NCBI GenBank assembly: GCA_004431415.1
Contig: QPMI01000546.1
Span: 62,001 to 126,000, forward strand
Direction: 5' to 3'
DNA from: Cyanophora paradoxa CCMP329
Taxonomy: Eukaryota; Plantae; Glaucophyta
Length of the DNA: 64,000 nucleotides
Below, in pieces: positions 11,490 through 24,900 of this stretch. The notes under the pieces were generated by a model. That model did no database searches. It had not been told where the DNA came from and saw nothing but the letters and a program-made list of their open reading frames with translations. Positions within the stretch are counted from its first letter, which is position 1, and each line of letters opens with the position of its first letter. Made by a program: the position numbers and the translations under genes.

Positions 11490-12837
11490 AGCGCGGGTCG
11501 CAAGACTGGAGGGCGACTTCAGCAATTCCGAGGGCGCAGCGCCGGCGGATCTGCCTCAGATCGCAGGCAGCGACCATGAGACAGATCTCGAGGCAGCTGC
11601 GACAGATTCCGCAGCCGCGGCCGGCGGCAGCCCGTTGCTAAGTCGCGGCGGTGCGTCGCGCTTGTGATTCTCGGTGCCCGGCGCAGTTCTCACTCCAAGC
11701 GACAGGGTCGAAGCGGAAGTACTTTACGCTCGAAGAGGAGAAGAGAGCACGCGCCGAGGCAAGCAGGCGCTGGAGGATGAGGCAGAAGGCACAGCAGCTG
11801 GGAATCGCACCCAGCTCCGCAGGCGACTCGGGCGATGGCAGCGCTTCAAAGAGCAGAGGTGCGACGCTCAGCATCCGGCGCGCGGACGGCGGTCCGGCTC
11901 CGGCGGCTTTCTCACATGCACACGGGCTGACAGGGAACAAGCGGAAGTACTTCACGCCGGAAGAGGAGAAGAAGGCGCGCGCCGAGGCGAGCAAGCGCTG
12001 GCGGATGAAGCAGAAGGCGCTGAGGGGCGCGGCCGCGTCGTCGTCGAGCCCGGCGGCCCGGGACCCGGATTCCAACTCGGGGCCCGGCGAGGGCAGCGAG
12101 TCCGGGGGCGAGGAGGAGGAGGGCGAGGAAGCGGGGGGCGGCGCCGGGGCGGGTGCTGGTGCCGGGACAGGCCACGAGCTCGCCGTCTACCACATGCACG
12201 TCGCCCAGTTCGAAGACCTGAGGAGGCAGCTCGCCCAGGTGCGATCGCAGCGGGCGAGCGGGTGCGGGCGCGACCCCCGATTGGGAGCTGAGGGGCGGGG
12301 CGCGCGCTCTCTCTCTCTCTGGGCCGCAGGCGCACGCGGGGGCGGCGGGTGCGGCGGGGCGGGCGGCGGAGGCGGCCGGGCAGGCGGCGCGGGCGGAGGC
12401 GGCGCTGGTGCTGGAGATGCAGCGGCGGGCGATGGCGGAGGACGAGGCGGCGCGCCTCCGCGAGCGGCGCGTCGAGCGGCCCCGGCCCGTCGCCCCTCGC
12501 GCCCCTGACGCGCGCGCGTCTCCGCAGGCTCCACGCGGCGGAAGCGGAGCTCGACCGCCTCCGGGCGGCGCGCCTGGCCCTCCTCCTCGGCGGCGGCGGC
12601 GGGACAGGCTACGGCGGCGCCGGCGCCGCCGGACGGGGCCTGCGGGCGGCGGAGAAGGCGGCGGCGCTGGCGGAGCTCGCGGCGGCGCGCATCGCGTACG
12701 AGGCGGCGGGGGCGGCGCTGCGGGCGGTGGGGGCCGGCGCCGGGGCCCTGCAGGCGGCGGGGATGGTGGCGGCGGCGCGCGCCCGGCTGCTCGCCGCGCA
12801 GGCGCGCGTCGTCGCCTTCGACGAGTGCGCCGGCTGA
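11490..12837 (+). CDS. Hypothetical multi-exon protein with two basic repeats and a coiled coil
   Basis: TGSKRKYFTLEEEKRARAEASRRWRMRQKA and TGNKRKYFTPEEEKKARAEASKRWRMKQKA; downstream Ala/Arg/Glu-rich exons end at the TGA near 12837. Confidence 0.6.
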
Positions 12838-14066
12838 GCCGCGTACCCCTCCGCGCTCCCTTCCCCCCTTCCCTCCCTCCCTCCCCTCTCTCCCGGTCGG
12901 CCCGCAGGCCTTCCCCGCCTGCGGGCCGAAGCCCATCCTTTCCCTCCCTTCACCTTGTACCCATCCCCTACCCCTCATCTGTACCCCTCCTCTTCCTCCC
13001 CCCCCGCGATTTTGCGGACCGCCGCGGGCCGAGGCGCGAGGCGCGCACCCTGGCCGGGCTCGGCCGCCCCCCGGGGGCCCAGCTCCGCCCGTTCCTCGAG
13101 CCTCGGAGCTCCCGGCGGCCGGCCCCTGCGGGGCCGCTTCCCTTCTCCCTGCGGGGCCGCTCTTGTTCGAGGCCCCGCACCCCCCGGCACAGCCTTCCTT
13201 CCTCGCCGCCTTATTCTATTTGTGTTCAAGAGCTAGATCTAGATCTAGAGCTAGTTGTCCAGGCATTGAAATGAAGTTTCTGATCAAGAGGGCGAAATAC
13301 TCCCTTCAGCTCCGACTCGCCCCGGAATCGCGGAATCCCCCCTCAGAGCGACTCGCTCCCCCTAGTCTCCCCTCCAAACCGAACTCCCCTTTAAATTTGC
13401 AATTGCGAAATTCGCGCGCGCGGGTTCTCCCTCGAGCTCGGCCTCCCCCCCGGATCTCCCCCGGATTCCTCTGATTCGGCCAACGGGACACGTGGTCGCG
13501 GCAGATTCTCACCGAAAAATGAACGCGACCCGCTCGCTTCATGATCAGCAGCCGCTCGCCCCGCTCGCCCTTCCCGTGCGTGCTGCATGCCGGCGAGCGC
13601 GTTGGGTGCCCGCAAAACTTCTCCGGGTCACGTGACGCGGTTCGCAGCTCCAGCTCGGCCAACTCGCCGCGGCGCCGGGACAACGGTTCGGCGGCACACC
13701 TTTTTGGACAACAGACAAGCGCTCGCCAGTGGTGCGCGTGCGCCGGCCGGCCGGAATCCGCGCGGGCCCTGCGCGACCAGAAATTGAACTACGGCGCGCG
13801 AATTTTTCGCAGCACTCCCCGACGCCGCGGAGTTTCGTGCCGGACCACCTGTCACCTGGACTGCGCACGCGCGCGGTCCACGTCCGCGCGCTTCCGGCCG
13901 CCGCTTTGTCGCCTTGCCATTCGAGCTCGCGATCATGGCCGAGCTCGTGGGACGCGACGCGTCGAGGGAGCGTCCAATCAGACGTGCGCATGCACCACTT
14001 TAAGGTTTTGCGGCGAGATGTAGAGTTCGCGCAATATTTTTATTTGGATGCCGCGGTCACCGACCC

Positions 14067-15300
14067 TTGCGGCGGCAGGACTCGTTTTCGGTCGGCTCGT
14101 TGTCTTCCGAGCGTGAAGACGTCAACATAGATTCTTCCGGAAGCGCGACTCCGGCGGACGCCGGGAGCGACGACGAGCTCGACTCGGCATCGTCGGCGCC
14201 GTCGCAGAACGCCGACGAGCTTGATCACGGAGCTGACCGCGATCTTGCTCGCCAGCTGCGCATGCGTCCTACTACCCGCCTCAAACGCGGCTCCGTGACC
14301 CGCGTGCGCTTTGCTCCGCGCGATTTTCTCACGCCCACCTCGCGCCTTCAAAATTGCGGCTCATCCGGAGTGCGTGCGCACGCGATCTCCGCAGGAGGAG
14401 GACGAGGAGTACCAGGAGCACAGTGACGGGGACTCTCGGTCGGAGGAGTCCTCGGAAGACGAGTACGAGGAGGGCGCCGGCAGCCGGCCTCGTCCCGCCT
14501 CGGCCTCGCGATCGCGCGGCCGCTCGAGCTCCGGGTCCAGCGCCGGCGCGCCGGCGCGGAGCCTTCCGCCACCGGGCTTCACGCTCAAGCGCTTCGCGAT
14601 TGAGGACCGCATCGACGAGATCATCGCCTTCGTGCTCAAGTGCGGATCAAATTAGATCCTCGCATCGATATTGGTTCTTCGAACCGGATACGGCCTAGAT
14701 CTGAAACTTTTTCGCAGACACCAGCGCCTTCCGAAGGCAAAAGGGAAGGAGGAGGAGGAAGACAGGCTGTACAAGTGGCTCCACAAGCGGAAACAGGCGC
14801 GTTAAGTTCTGCGGTTTCGCGCGTGTACATGACAAGCTGCCGCAGTGCGTTTTTCGCGCTAACTGCCCAACTCATGCCCCGTCCGCAGGAATACGCAGCA
14901 GGGAAGCTGCCGCAGGAAATGATCGCGCGCCTCGAGAAGGTATTTAATTTTGCGCGCACGCGTACGGGCGGTGCCCTGAATTCTGGCCCTGGCCAAACTC
15001 GCTTACGCTTGCTCTTCAATTTGGATGCGCAGATCCCGCGCTTCACGTGGGAGATCGCGCGGCCCGCGGGGCGCGACGCCTACGTCAGCTACGGACAGGT
15101 GCTTTCAAGTTTCGCGCAGGGGAGGCCGGCCCGATAGATTTAAACAGCCGGCTTGAAGCTGAGAGGATTTCGCGCGTGGGACGGACTAAAGCTTCTCGAC
15201 CTCGCCGATCCTGAATAGTCGCGGCGGGGCTTGCTGCGCAGGATCAGCTGCAGGAAGAGTTCGAGCAGGCCCCGATCTCAAACCAGCCGCGGGCCCGGGC
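14067..15300 (+). CDS. Helicase-associated (HA, PF03457-like) domain protein, multi-exon; boundaries approximate
   Basis: Spliced peptide DEIIAFVLKHQRLPKAKGKEEEEDRLYKWLHKRKQEYAAGKLPQEMIARLEKIPRFTWE fits the HA pattern (F..H...P...L..W...R..Y..GKL...I..L...F.W). Confidence 0.7.
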
Positions 15301-16109
15301 CGGCCCGGGCCCCAGCAACAAGAAGCCCCGCAAGGGGTAGCGGCAGCTGGCAGCCGCGCGCAGCTGCATGCCCCCTCGCGGCACAGTTGGACCCAGGGAC
15401 GAATAAACTTTCTTCTTTTATTTTCAAGCTTACGCTTTCGGTTTCCAAATCTTTCTTCAATCTCCTCCTTATAAATAATATCGATTCACTCCAAACAGCT
15501 GCAGTTGGACGAACACAGAGTCGCCGCTCGCCGCTCGCAGCGGTTGGCCCCCAAACTCTTCTTTAAATGTCGTGCGTGCGAGAGAAAATAGACGACCCCG
15601 CAGCTGCAGCTCGATCTATCGATTATCCTTGAGGTTTCCGATTGCAATATTCAAGTTCCTCCCAGAATCGATATCTTCAGCTTTCCAGGAGTAGAAGTAC
15701 TAGCCAGTGCTCGAGCTTGTGTACATGTGTGCTTTCAAGGCTTTATAGTTTGTTCCATCGTGCACTAGGTGATCGCGTGCGCCCTGCGTTTTATCATCGA
15801 TTCGTTTGTTGTGTTGTTGAGTTTTATAGGAGCAGGCCGGCCCAGGCCTAGGCGGACAGCCCACTGTGGTGTTCGCAGCTTTAGCCTGCAATAAACAGAT
15901 AAATGATGCAGAAGTTTCGGTACAGCGGCAGTGATTCGCTCGTGTGAAGTAATTAAACAGCGTGTACATACAGCTGAATCTGAGCCTTCGGTTCCCGACG
16001 CGCTTCACGGCTTCAGCTCGTACAGGCGCCGCGGATCGAAGTGCGTGGGGCGGGGCGGGGCGGGGCGGGGCGGTGCGGGGCGGGGCAGGTCGGACGGAGA
16101 GAGGCCGCT

Positions 16110-17236
16110 CTACCGGGCCGCCGAACGCGTCGGCCGACAGGGGCTCAGGTGGATGCCAGGAAATGGCTCAGGCGAAGACAGAGGGTGCCCCGGGAGGGCC
16201 TGACGGGACCAGAACGCCGGGACGAGGCCAGCAATCTCTGATGGGCAGCGGGCTCAGACTCGAGGGGCGCGGCAGGAGGGAGGATCGGACCTTCGGGCCC
16301 CGCCGGAGCTCCTCAGCAACCGGCCACAGAGTTCTGGAGACGTCGAGGGAAGGGGGCGCGGGGACCCGAGCCGAGCCGAGCCGAACGGGCCGCGCCGCGG
16401 CGGCGCTCGCCAGGCGGCGGCTCTGGGAGCGGCGGCGGCGCGCGGCGGCGAGGTTGAGAGAAGAGCTTTGAGAGAGCTCGGGCGCCCATCCTCCATGTGC
16501 AACGCCGCTGAGCGCTGCCCCCGCGCCGCCCCCGCTTGCTGTCTGCAGCCAAGCCGAGCCCGTGGCTAGGGCCTCCCCTCGGCTGCAGCCGCCGCACGCT
16601 CCAGAGCCGCCAGCGCCTCCGCCTTGCCCGCCTCCCGCGCCTGCCAGAGCGCGCCGCGGCGTCAGCTGAATGCGCCTCCGGACGGCAAGCGGAAGGCCCG
16701 GCCCCGGGACCAGCTTGCCTTGTCGAGCGGCGTCTTGCCGTCGCCGTCGGCGGCGAGCGGGTCGGCGCCGGCGCGCAGAAGCATGCTCGCGATCTCCGCG
16801 CTGCCGATGTACGCCGCTGCAGCGCCGGGCACCGGTCAGGGCGAGGAGCGGCGCAAAGGACCAGTCTGGTTTGGCTGCGCACCGCGGTGCAGCGCGGTCG
16901 CCTTGCCCGCTTTGGTGCACGCGTGCACGTCCGCTCCGCGTTTCAGGAGGAATCGCACGATCTCCGCGAAGCCTCCCCGCGCGGCGTAATGAAGGGGAGT
17001 GTAGCCGGCCTCGTCCCGCGCGCTGGGGTCGGTTCCCCGCTCCACCAGCTCCTCAACGCGCTGCAGGTTGCCGCGGTTCGCCGCTGCGCGCGCTCGCGTC
17101 GGCTGGCGCGCGCAAGGCCGGCGCGCGGGGGCCATTGGTGAGACGCACCAGTCCAGATGCTAGCGCCGGGCGCCGGATCGCCTCGAGCGTGGTGGCCGTC
17201 GCAGTCGGGGCCGTGGCCGGGGCACGGCGGTCGCAT
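16110..17236 (-). CDS. ANKRD39: Ankyrin repeat protein, ANKRD39-like; 3' end approximate
   Basis: SIWTAANRGNLQRVEELVERGTDPSARDEAGYTPLHYAARGG...GKATALHRAAYIGSAEIASMLLRAGADPLAADGDGKTPLDKA. Confidence 0.78.
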
Positions 17237-17561
17237 TTCGCTTCTCGCCCCGGGTACAGTCGCCTCGAGTTCGATGAAGTGCGTGGGCCTGGGGGGCGGA
17301 TACGCACCATGCGCGCTTCCCGGCGCTTGCTGACGTTCCGTGCAGCCCGCGGGGCTCGCCGGGGCAGGTCTGGCAGCCCGTTCAGGGCGTGCGGACTTCG
17401 ACCGACCCGCTCAGCGTTCCCTTGGCGTACCAGCAGGTCAGGAACGTAGCAGGGCCTGTACTTCGTGCGCGCCGACGCCGCGGCAGGGATCGTCGCCGCT
17501 GGGCACGCCGCGCTCGGCGGGAGCGCCCCCGCAGCCGCAGCTCATCCCTGCGGCGCCGCCG

Positions 17562-19818
17562 ATGGACCCGCTTAGCTCGCCGGGGCCGCCTGGAATGCTC
17601 ACGCCGAGCGTGCCCATGCCGGCGCCAACCGCGCGGGGCCCCGACCCCGTCGACCTCTTCCTGATGGGCGCCTCGGCCGGCGCGCCCCCGACAGTCATCT
17701 CCGCGGACGCGTTCTTCGGTTCCATTGCGGAGGCGCCGCCTCCGCCCCCGCCGCGCCGCGTGAAGCCGACGCTCGACGAGGTCGAAATGTCTCTGAAGGT
17801 CCGCCCCGCCCCGCCCCGCGGCGTCCGCTCCCGCCGCCCTCGCCCGCCGCCCGCCGCTGACGCGCTCCGCAGGGCGCAAAGACCCTCATGGTGCCTTCCG
17901 CCGCGCCCCGCAGCGCTCGCGCGCCCGCCTCCTTGCTCGCCTCTGACGCGCGGCGCAGTACTTCGGGGCGTGGAAGGCCGTTCTGACGATGGCCGACCGC
18001 GTCGAGCCGAGCCTCTCCGGCGCGCCCCTTGCCGAGCGCCTCAAGTGGCGCGCCTGCAAGATTGTCGCCCAGGCGCGCCTTTCCTCCCGTACCCCCCGCG
18101 GGCCGCCCCCCGCCGCCGGTCCGATCCGTTCGGCAGGTTCGGTTGCGGCAGTACAGCGCAGCCGCGCACGAGCTCGAGCAGCTCGGCGACCTCGACGGGC
18201 CCCAGTACGCCCCCTCCGGTCCGCCCTGTACCCTCCGCGAGCTTCCCCCTCCCTTTCCCGACGCCCGCCCCCGCCAGGCTCGCCCCCCGTGAGCCCTGTT
18301 CCCTGGACCCTCCGCATGGTCCACGCGGAGGTGCGGTACCCCCCTCTAGTTCTGCAGTACCCCCTGATGCCCCGCAGGTTCCCGCGCGGACGGGCAACGC
18401 GTCCTTAACCATCGATCGGCTCTTCCGCCTCGTCGACATCTGCCGGGCCGCCGAGGAGGGGTACGGAGCTCTTACAAACGTCTTAGAAACGTCTGACGGC
18501 TTCGCTCGCAGGCAGGGTGAGGGCTCGGGCGGGGCGTCGTCCTCGCGGAACCTCTCCGACGCGTTCGCCGGCCTCGGGCTCGGCGCCGGCGGTGGCGGCG
18601 GCGCCGGCGGAGGCGCGGCGAGGTGCCTCTTGTCGCGCAGAGAGCCCCTCCCCGTCTCCCCCTCACGTCCGCTTCAGGGCGGCGGGGGCCGGGGCCGGAG
18701 CCGGGGAGGCGCGGCGGTGGCGGGAGCGGGAGCTGCGGGCGCTGAACGCCCTCGCCACGCACCACGTCGCCCAGGCCCGCCGCTCCTCCCTCGCCCGCTC
18801 TCTCGGCGCCCCTGAGGGCGACCGTTCGCCCCGCAGAAGGACTACCTGACGGCGGTGGAGATCCTGCGGGGCGCGCTGGCCCGCCTCTCCGCCCCGGGCG
18901 CCCCGGGGGCCGGCGCCGCCGGGCCGCCCCCGCTCCTCGTCGCCCAGCTCCGCTCCCGCATCGGCCGCATCCAGCTCCAGGCGCGTGCCCGCGCGGCCGC
19001 GAACCGAGCGAAACTAAGCCATAGCTTCTGGAGCAAGCGCTCGCGGCCCGCCGCGCCGCTCCCGCGTGGGCGCTCGGGCTCACCTGAGCGCGCGCGGGCA
19101 GATGGGGGACATCGCGGCGGCCGAGTCGACCTTCGAGCGCGTCGAGTCCGAGACGCCCGACGCCTCCTCCCCCATCGTTCACCTCAACGCGTCCGCCCCC
19201 TCATTCCATCTGATCTGATCGCATCTGATCCTGAAGAGGCCTTCGCTGACCTCGCTTGCGCGCGTGCAGGGGGTACCTCGCCATGGCCGCGGCGGACTAC
19301 CCCGCCGCCGCCTCCGAGTTCGAGCAGGCGGGCCCCTAGTACCCCCCTCCTCCATCCCCCTCAAGCGGAGCGCTGAGCGCGTACCCCGCTCCCCAGGTCC
19401 TGTCGGTGTACCCCGGGCACCTCGCGGCGACGAGCAATCGCGCGATATCGCTGCTCTACTCGGGCCGCCTCGCCGACGCGATAAAGGCGGGTCCCCCCCG
19501 CCCGCAGCTGTACCCCCCTCTCATGCCGCCCCCCCCTCTCCCCCCCCGCAGGTGCTGGAGGACGCGCTGAGGCGGGACCCGATCCGGGCCCTGCGGGAGA
19601 GCATCATCCTGAACCTCTGCACCATGTACGACCTCGCCCCCGGCAACAGGTGCCCTGCCCCTCGCCTCCCTTCTGCTTCAAGCTCCCCGGCTCTTCTCAC
19701 GATCGCGACGGCGTACCCCAGCGTGGAGAAGAAGAAGGTGATCCAGCAGCTGGTGCTCCGGTACGCCCCCGACGACCTCGACACGGCCGTCCTCAAGCTG
19801 CCCCCCGAGGAGAAGTAG
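17562..19818 (+). CDS. TRAPPC12: Trafficking protein particle complex subunit 12 (TPR protein), multi-exon; start may lie further upstream
   Basis: AAAHELEQLGDLD, IDRLF, WRERE, SRIGRIQLQMGD, NRAISLLYSGRLADAIKVLE, ESIILNLCTMYDL...KKKV...PDDLDTAVLKL. Confidence 0.85.
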
Positions 19819-19967
19819 GGGTACGGGAATCGCCACTGCGAGCCTCTTGCCGAATGCGTAGCTAGCCAGTTCTGTTTTTCAATGTACTGTACAGCTTTCC
19901 GTACGCTTCGGTATGGTTACAGGTCCGGTGTATATCTAGATCCCTTAGCTCCTAAAGCCAGCTGCCG

Positions 19968-21786
19968 TCAGCGGTGGGCGGAGCTGGGGCGGGGCGCGAT
20001 CGCCCGCCGCCGCGCCTCCCGCGCCTCCCGCCGCCGCTCGATCGCCAGCCGCGTGATCCGTGCGCACTCCTGCCGCGCGCCGCCGGCCTTTAATTCGAAT
20101 ACGATACCCCGCGGCCGCGCCCAGGGGTACAAACCTCGGGCTCGAAGGGCCGCGCGCACTGAGGGCACGTCTTCCGTATCGCCCGCATGCCTGCGCGGGC
20201 GGGCGGGCGGGCGGGCCGAGTCCGTCAGCGGGGTGCACGACCTGGACTGCGAGGGGGGTACGCGACGCGCCGATGACTTTGGCGACGCAGGAGAAGTGGA
20301 AGAGGCTGCGGCAGCAGGGCGCCTCGTACTCGGCGTCCCCCTCCGGCATCGGGGACCGCTCCAGGAGGCAGACGCCTGCGGCGGGGGCCGAAGCTCAGGT
20401 GAGGCCCGGCCCGCGGGGCTCCGGGGGGGGGGTACGCGGACCGCAGTCGCGGGAGGGGTCGAAGAGCGCGCGGCCGTCGTCGGGGGGGCGGGGGCAGGGG
20501 CCGGAGCCGTGGCCGGAGCCCGCGGGGGCGTAGCTCGGGTCGTGCTGGCGCCGCGACGAAATGTCAGGGGGGGGCGAGATCTCGACGGTCATCATTCGAA
20601 TGCTGTACCCGGAAGAGGTGCGGCATCTTGAGCTCGAGGGAGCTGTACTTGCGCAGGGGCGCGTCCTGCGGGGCCGGCCTCAGGACCCGGGGCGCCGGGG
20701 CGGGCGGGTCTGAGGGGGGTACGCACCTCGAAGAGCAGGTCATCTGTATCGAAGTCGGAGAGGGGATCCGCGGGGGCGGGCGAGGGCGGGGGCGGGGCCT
20801 GCGGCTGGGCGGCCGCGGCGCCGGAGCTGGAGCTGGAGCTTAAGGTGGGGGGAGGAAGCGGAGATTCGTCGGATGGGGCCGAGGCGGGCTGCATAACGTC
20901 CGGCTCCGCTTCCGGGTCGATGGAGCCGCTTCCCTCGAGTTCGCCCTCATCGAAGGCCGCGAGGGGCCGCGGCGGCGTGCGGAAGCGCACGGTCCTGTGC
21001 GGGCGGCCTGCGCGCGCGCGTGCGCCGGGCGATCAACGCGAGCAATCGAGAGAAGAATCGCCGAGGTACGGACCCCTGGGTGGGCAGCGAGCGCTTGCCG
21101 CCCTCCTGGCGGCAAAGCGAGACGCGGGCAGATCGCAAGCGCTGTGGGCGCGTGCCGCGAAATCAGTCGGGGCAGGTGCCGCAAGTGAAGAAGTATCCTG
21201 CTCCTCGCTGCTCGGCTGTAGAAAGCGCTGCTGCTGCTGCTGCTCAAATGCATGCGTAGGCTTCGGCGATACCGCTGCATCTGGAGCCGGCAGCGCCAGA
21301 AGCGCCGCTCCGAACTCGCTGCTGGGCTTGTGCCTTTTCGAGCTCAGAGCAGCGCCATACTCGCCCGCGTCGGCCTCCTCGCGCTCGTGGACGTGGCTGC
21401 AGCCGCAGTCGGGAGGAGCGCGACCCTCCCTCGAGCGGACAGTCTCTTCCAAGCTGGCGAGTTCGCCGTGTTGCGTGCCCGTGACCCGCTCCTGTCCCTC
21501 GGTCGGCGGAATTCGAAGCGGGCGCGGGCCGGGACTGGGCGGCGGATCAAATCTCACCTGCGGACCGACTGGTCGCGCTTCGTGCACCGCAACCGCAACT
21601 GGCGGCACTTCTGGCGCATGCAGGTCGACGAGGACCCGCTGGGTCTGCCCGAGAACGGCCCACAGGGCAGACTCCAATTCCCGCACCCTGGCGCGCAGCC
21701 GCTCTGCAAGGAGCGTCAAGCGCCTTACGCGTGCGGAATACGGTGCGGGCGATCGCAGCACCGTTTTCCCGGGCGAGCTCCTCCAT
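19968..21786 (-). CDS. Coiled-coil plus C-terminal RING-finger protein, multi-exon
   Basis: Begins MEELARENERLRARVRELE; spliced C-terminus CGVC...APCCRSLFHFSCVAKV...CPQC has RING-type spacing. Confidence 0.65.
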
Positions 21787-21926
21787 TTCACAGGGACGGC
21801 AGGTCGACTCCGGGCGGGGCGTTTTCCAAAACAGGCGAGCACGCCCCGGCCATCATCAGCACCGCGACCTCCAATCGCCCTGCAAAACGAAAGCCACACA
21901 CTAGGTAGCTGTTTTGAGCCAGCGAG

Positions 21927-24900
21927 ATGCCGGCTCAGCTCAGCATCGGCCGGCCGACGACGGCAACAGCGGGCGGGCCCACGCAGACGAACCGCGCAAC
22001 GCCGCTAGGCTCGGTGCGGTTCAGGGTGAGCCGCTGCGTGGATCTGCTGCGCGACGGAACATTCCCGGTCCTGGATCCGTTCGTCAAGGTCCGACCCCGA
22101 GCGGCCCCCGAGCTTAGCTAAGCTAAGCCCCGAGGCCGCGCCCGGTCGCCCCTCAGGTCTCCTTCGGGTCGGCCACCGCCTGCACCCGCGTCCTGCGCGC
22201 CCAGACCGCCCCGGGCTCGGCCAAGGGCGGCGCCCGGCCGAGGACGGCGGGCGGGGCGCCCTCGCCGGCGCCCGAGGGACCCACGGCGCACGCGTGGGAC
22301 GAGGACCTCCCTCCCTTCTCCATATCCGTCGAGGACGTCGCCGCGGCGCGGGAGCTCCTCGTCGAGGTCTACGGTGCGCGGGGCCGCCCCCGCGCCCCGG
22401 CGCCCCGGCGCCCCGGCGCCCCGCCCGCAGCCGACGCGACGCGCCGCGCAGACTACGAGGTGATGAAGGGCGACCGCCTCATCGGCAGCGCGTCGCTGTC
22501 GCTGGTCGACGTGCACGCGGCCCAGTGCGAGGCCCGGGAGCGCCTGGCCGCCGCCTCCGCCGCCGCGCTCGCCCGGAAGCAGGCGCGCCCCGCGCGCTCC
22601 GGCCCCTGGCGCGGCCTGACTCTTCACCGCAGGCTCTGGAGGCGGATCCCGGGCTGGCGCTGCAGGAGCCGCCGCAGGCGCCGCCCAAGCCGCCCGAGCT
22701 GCCGGACAGGCCTCTCGAGTTCAGGCTGCCCCTCCGCGTCCCCGAGCAGCAGACGCAGGCGCGCGCGCCCCTTTCCCCGCCCCGCACCCCTCCCAGCTCA
22801 CCTTTCTTCTCCTTTACCCCCCCCCCCTCCCCGTCCCGGGTACAGGTCGGGGAGGCGCACGTGGCCGCCCGCCTCGTCCACGCCGACGGCGAGCTGGAGG
22901 AGGTACCCCCGCCCCCGCCCCGCGATCGAATTCCAGTTCCCGTTCGAATTCGATCTGCGGCAGGTGCTGGAGAACCTGAGGAAGGGCGTACCCCTCCGCC
23001 TGGTGGAGAGCCACGACCTGCTGGAGGCGCCGCCCTCGCCCCGCCCTGCCTTCCAGCAGCTCGCAGCGGGGCCCGACGAGCCGGCCTGGGGCGCCGACGA
23101 GTGGTGGGCCGAGCAGCAGCAGCCCGCCGGCGCCGCGCAGGCACGCTACCCCCCACCCCCACCCACCCCCCACCCCAACCCACCCCCCACCCCACACACA
23201 CTGCTCTGTACCCCCATCCCGGAGATCTGAGTGCCCCCCAGGTCCTCGTTCGCGTGAACGGCGTCGCGTCCCTCTCCACCGCACACGCGATCCGTGCGGA
23301 CCCTTCGCTCGTTCATTTTGGGTACCCCCTCACGGTTCCCTTCCGCCGCAGCGGATGTGCACGCGGAGGTCACGATCGGGTCCCAGAGGTTGAGAGTACC
23401 CGTCCGGGGAGAGCACCACGCGGGGGAGGGGTACGGCGAGTCGACGCCGGACGTCGGCCCCATCCTCGACGTGCCCTTGTGAGCCGCGCCGGCCCCCCGC
23501 CCACGAACCCGCGACTTCCGAACCCGTAACCCCCGCAGCGTGGCGGAGGACCCCGACGCGGAGCTGCTGGTCGACATCTACGTATCCCCCGACGACCAGG
23601 GGGGCGAGGGGGCCCTCGGGCGGGCCGCGATCCGGCTGGCGGACACGGGCGTGCCCCTGGACGGCCAGGTACCCCCCGATTCTTCTCCCCCCGCCCGGAC
23701 TGGATCCGAGCGGGCTCGACGCGGGGCGGGGCAGTTCCACGCGCTGACGCTGGAGCTGGAGGCGCCCGGGGAGGACGGGGCGGGGCCCCTCGGGGGGCGG
23801 GAGCCCGTCGCCGTATCCGTGGACCTCGCCATGCTCCCCGTCGCCGGCGCCGCCGAGGCCCGTCCTCCCCGCCCCGCCCGCCGTCGCGCGCCGTCCCCGC
23901 CATCAAGTATCCGACCGGGCCGCGCAGGCGGGGAAGCTGCGGGAGCTCTGGGTGGAGATGGAGGCCAGGACGGCCGCCAGCCAGCGCACCCGCTTCATCT
24001 CCCTCGACGCCCGGGTACGTCGTCTCCCGAACTCGCCTCTCCCCGCCTTTCTTTGAATCGCGTGGGCGCAGCCGCCGATCTTTGTGGACGCGTCAGGGCA
24101 GACGCCGGGGGCTTACAGGACGCTACGAGAAGCCGTGGCGGTCGCGGGCCCCGGCCAGGTGCCCGCCTGCCTCAGCGCCCCCCGGGGGGCGTCCCGCCCA
24201 CGTACCCCTCCTCGGCCCGGCAGCGCGTGGCGGTGCACGCGGGGCGCTACGTCGGCTCTGTGCACGTCTTCCGCTCCGTGCAGGCAAGCTCTCCTCGTAT
24301 CCCCTCCCCGCTTCCTCCCCGTCCCGAGCCGAACCCGCGCTGCGCAGATCGAGGGCGTCGGCGAGTCGCGGGACGACGTCGTCCTCAGGTGACCCGCCTC
24401 GCCCCGCTCCCCCCCGGCCGGCGGATGCAGGGGGGTACGGCGCCGGTTCTAACGGACGGGCGGGGGGGTACAGCGCGACGGACGAGAGCGTTCTGGTCTC
24501 GACGGCGCGGGGCGCGTCGGTACGGAACCTTACCATTGCCCAGATGGGCGGCAAGGGCCTCCCCGCCGTCGGGGTACGCCGCCCCCTCCTCGAATTCCAC
24601 TGTGGAAAATCAATACCCCCCTCCGCACCCCGCTCAGGTGATGGCGGGGGACCTGTTGCTGGAGAACTGCGACGTCTCGAGCCGGGGGCACGCCTGCGTC
24701 AGGTGAACTCAGGGGTACCGCCGCCCCCCTCCGGAGCCTGGATCCGATCCGGGCCTCGCCGCGCGCAGCGTGCACTCGGGGGCGGACCCGACGATCGCGA
24801 ACTGCTCCATACACGACGCCCTCTCGGGCCCGGGGCTCTGGGTGCGCGCCCCAGGGGCTCGTGGGCTTTGGAGGGCGTGCCCCTGATGCGCCCCCGCGCG

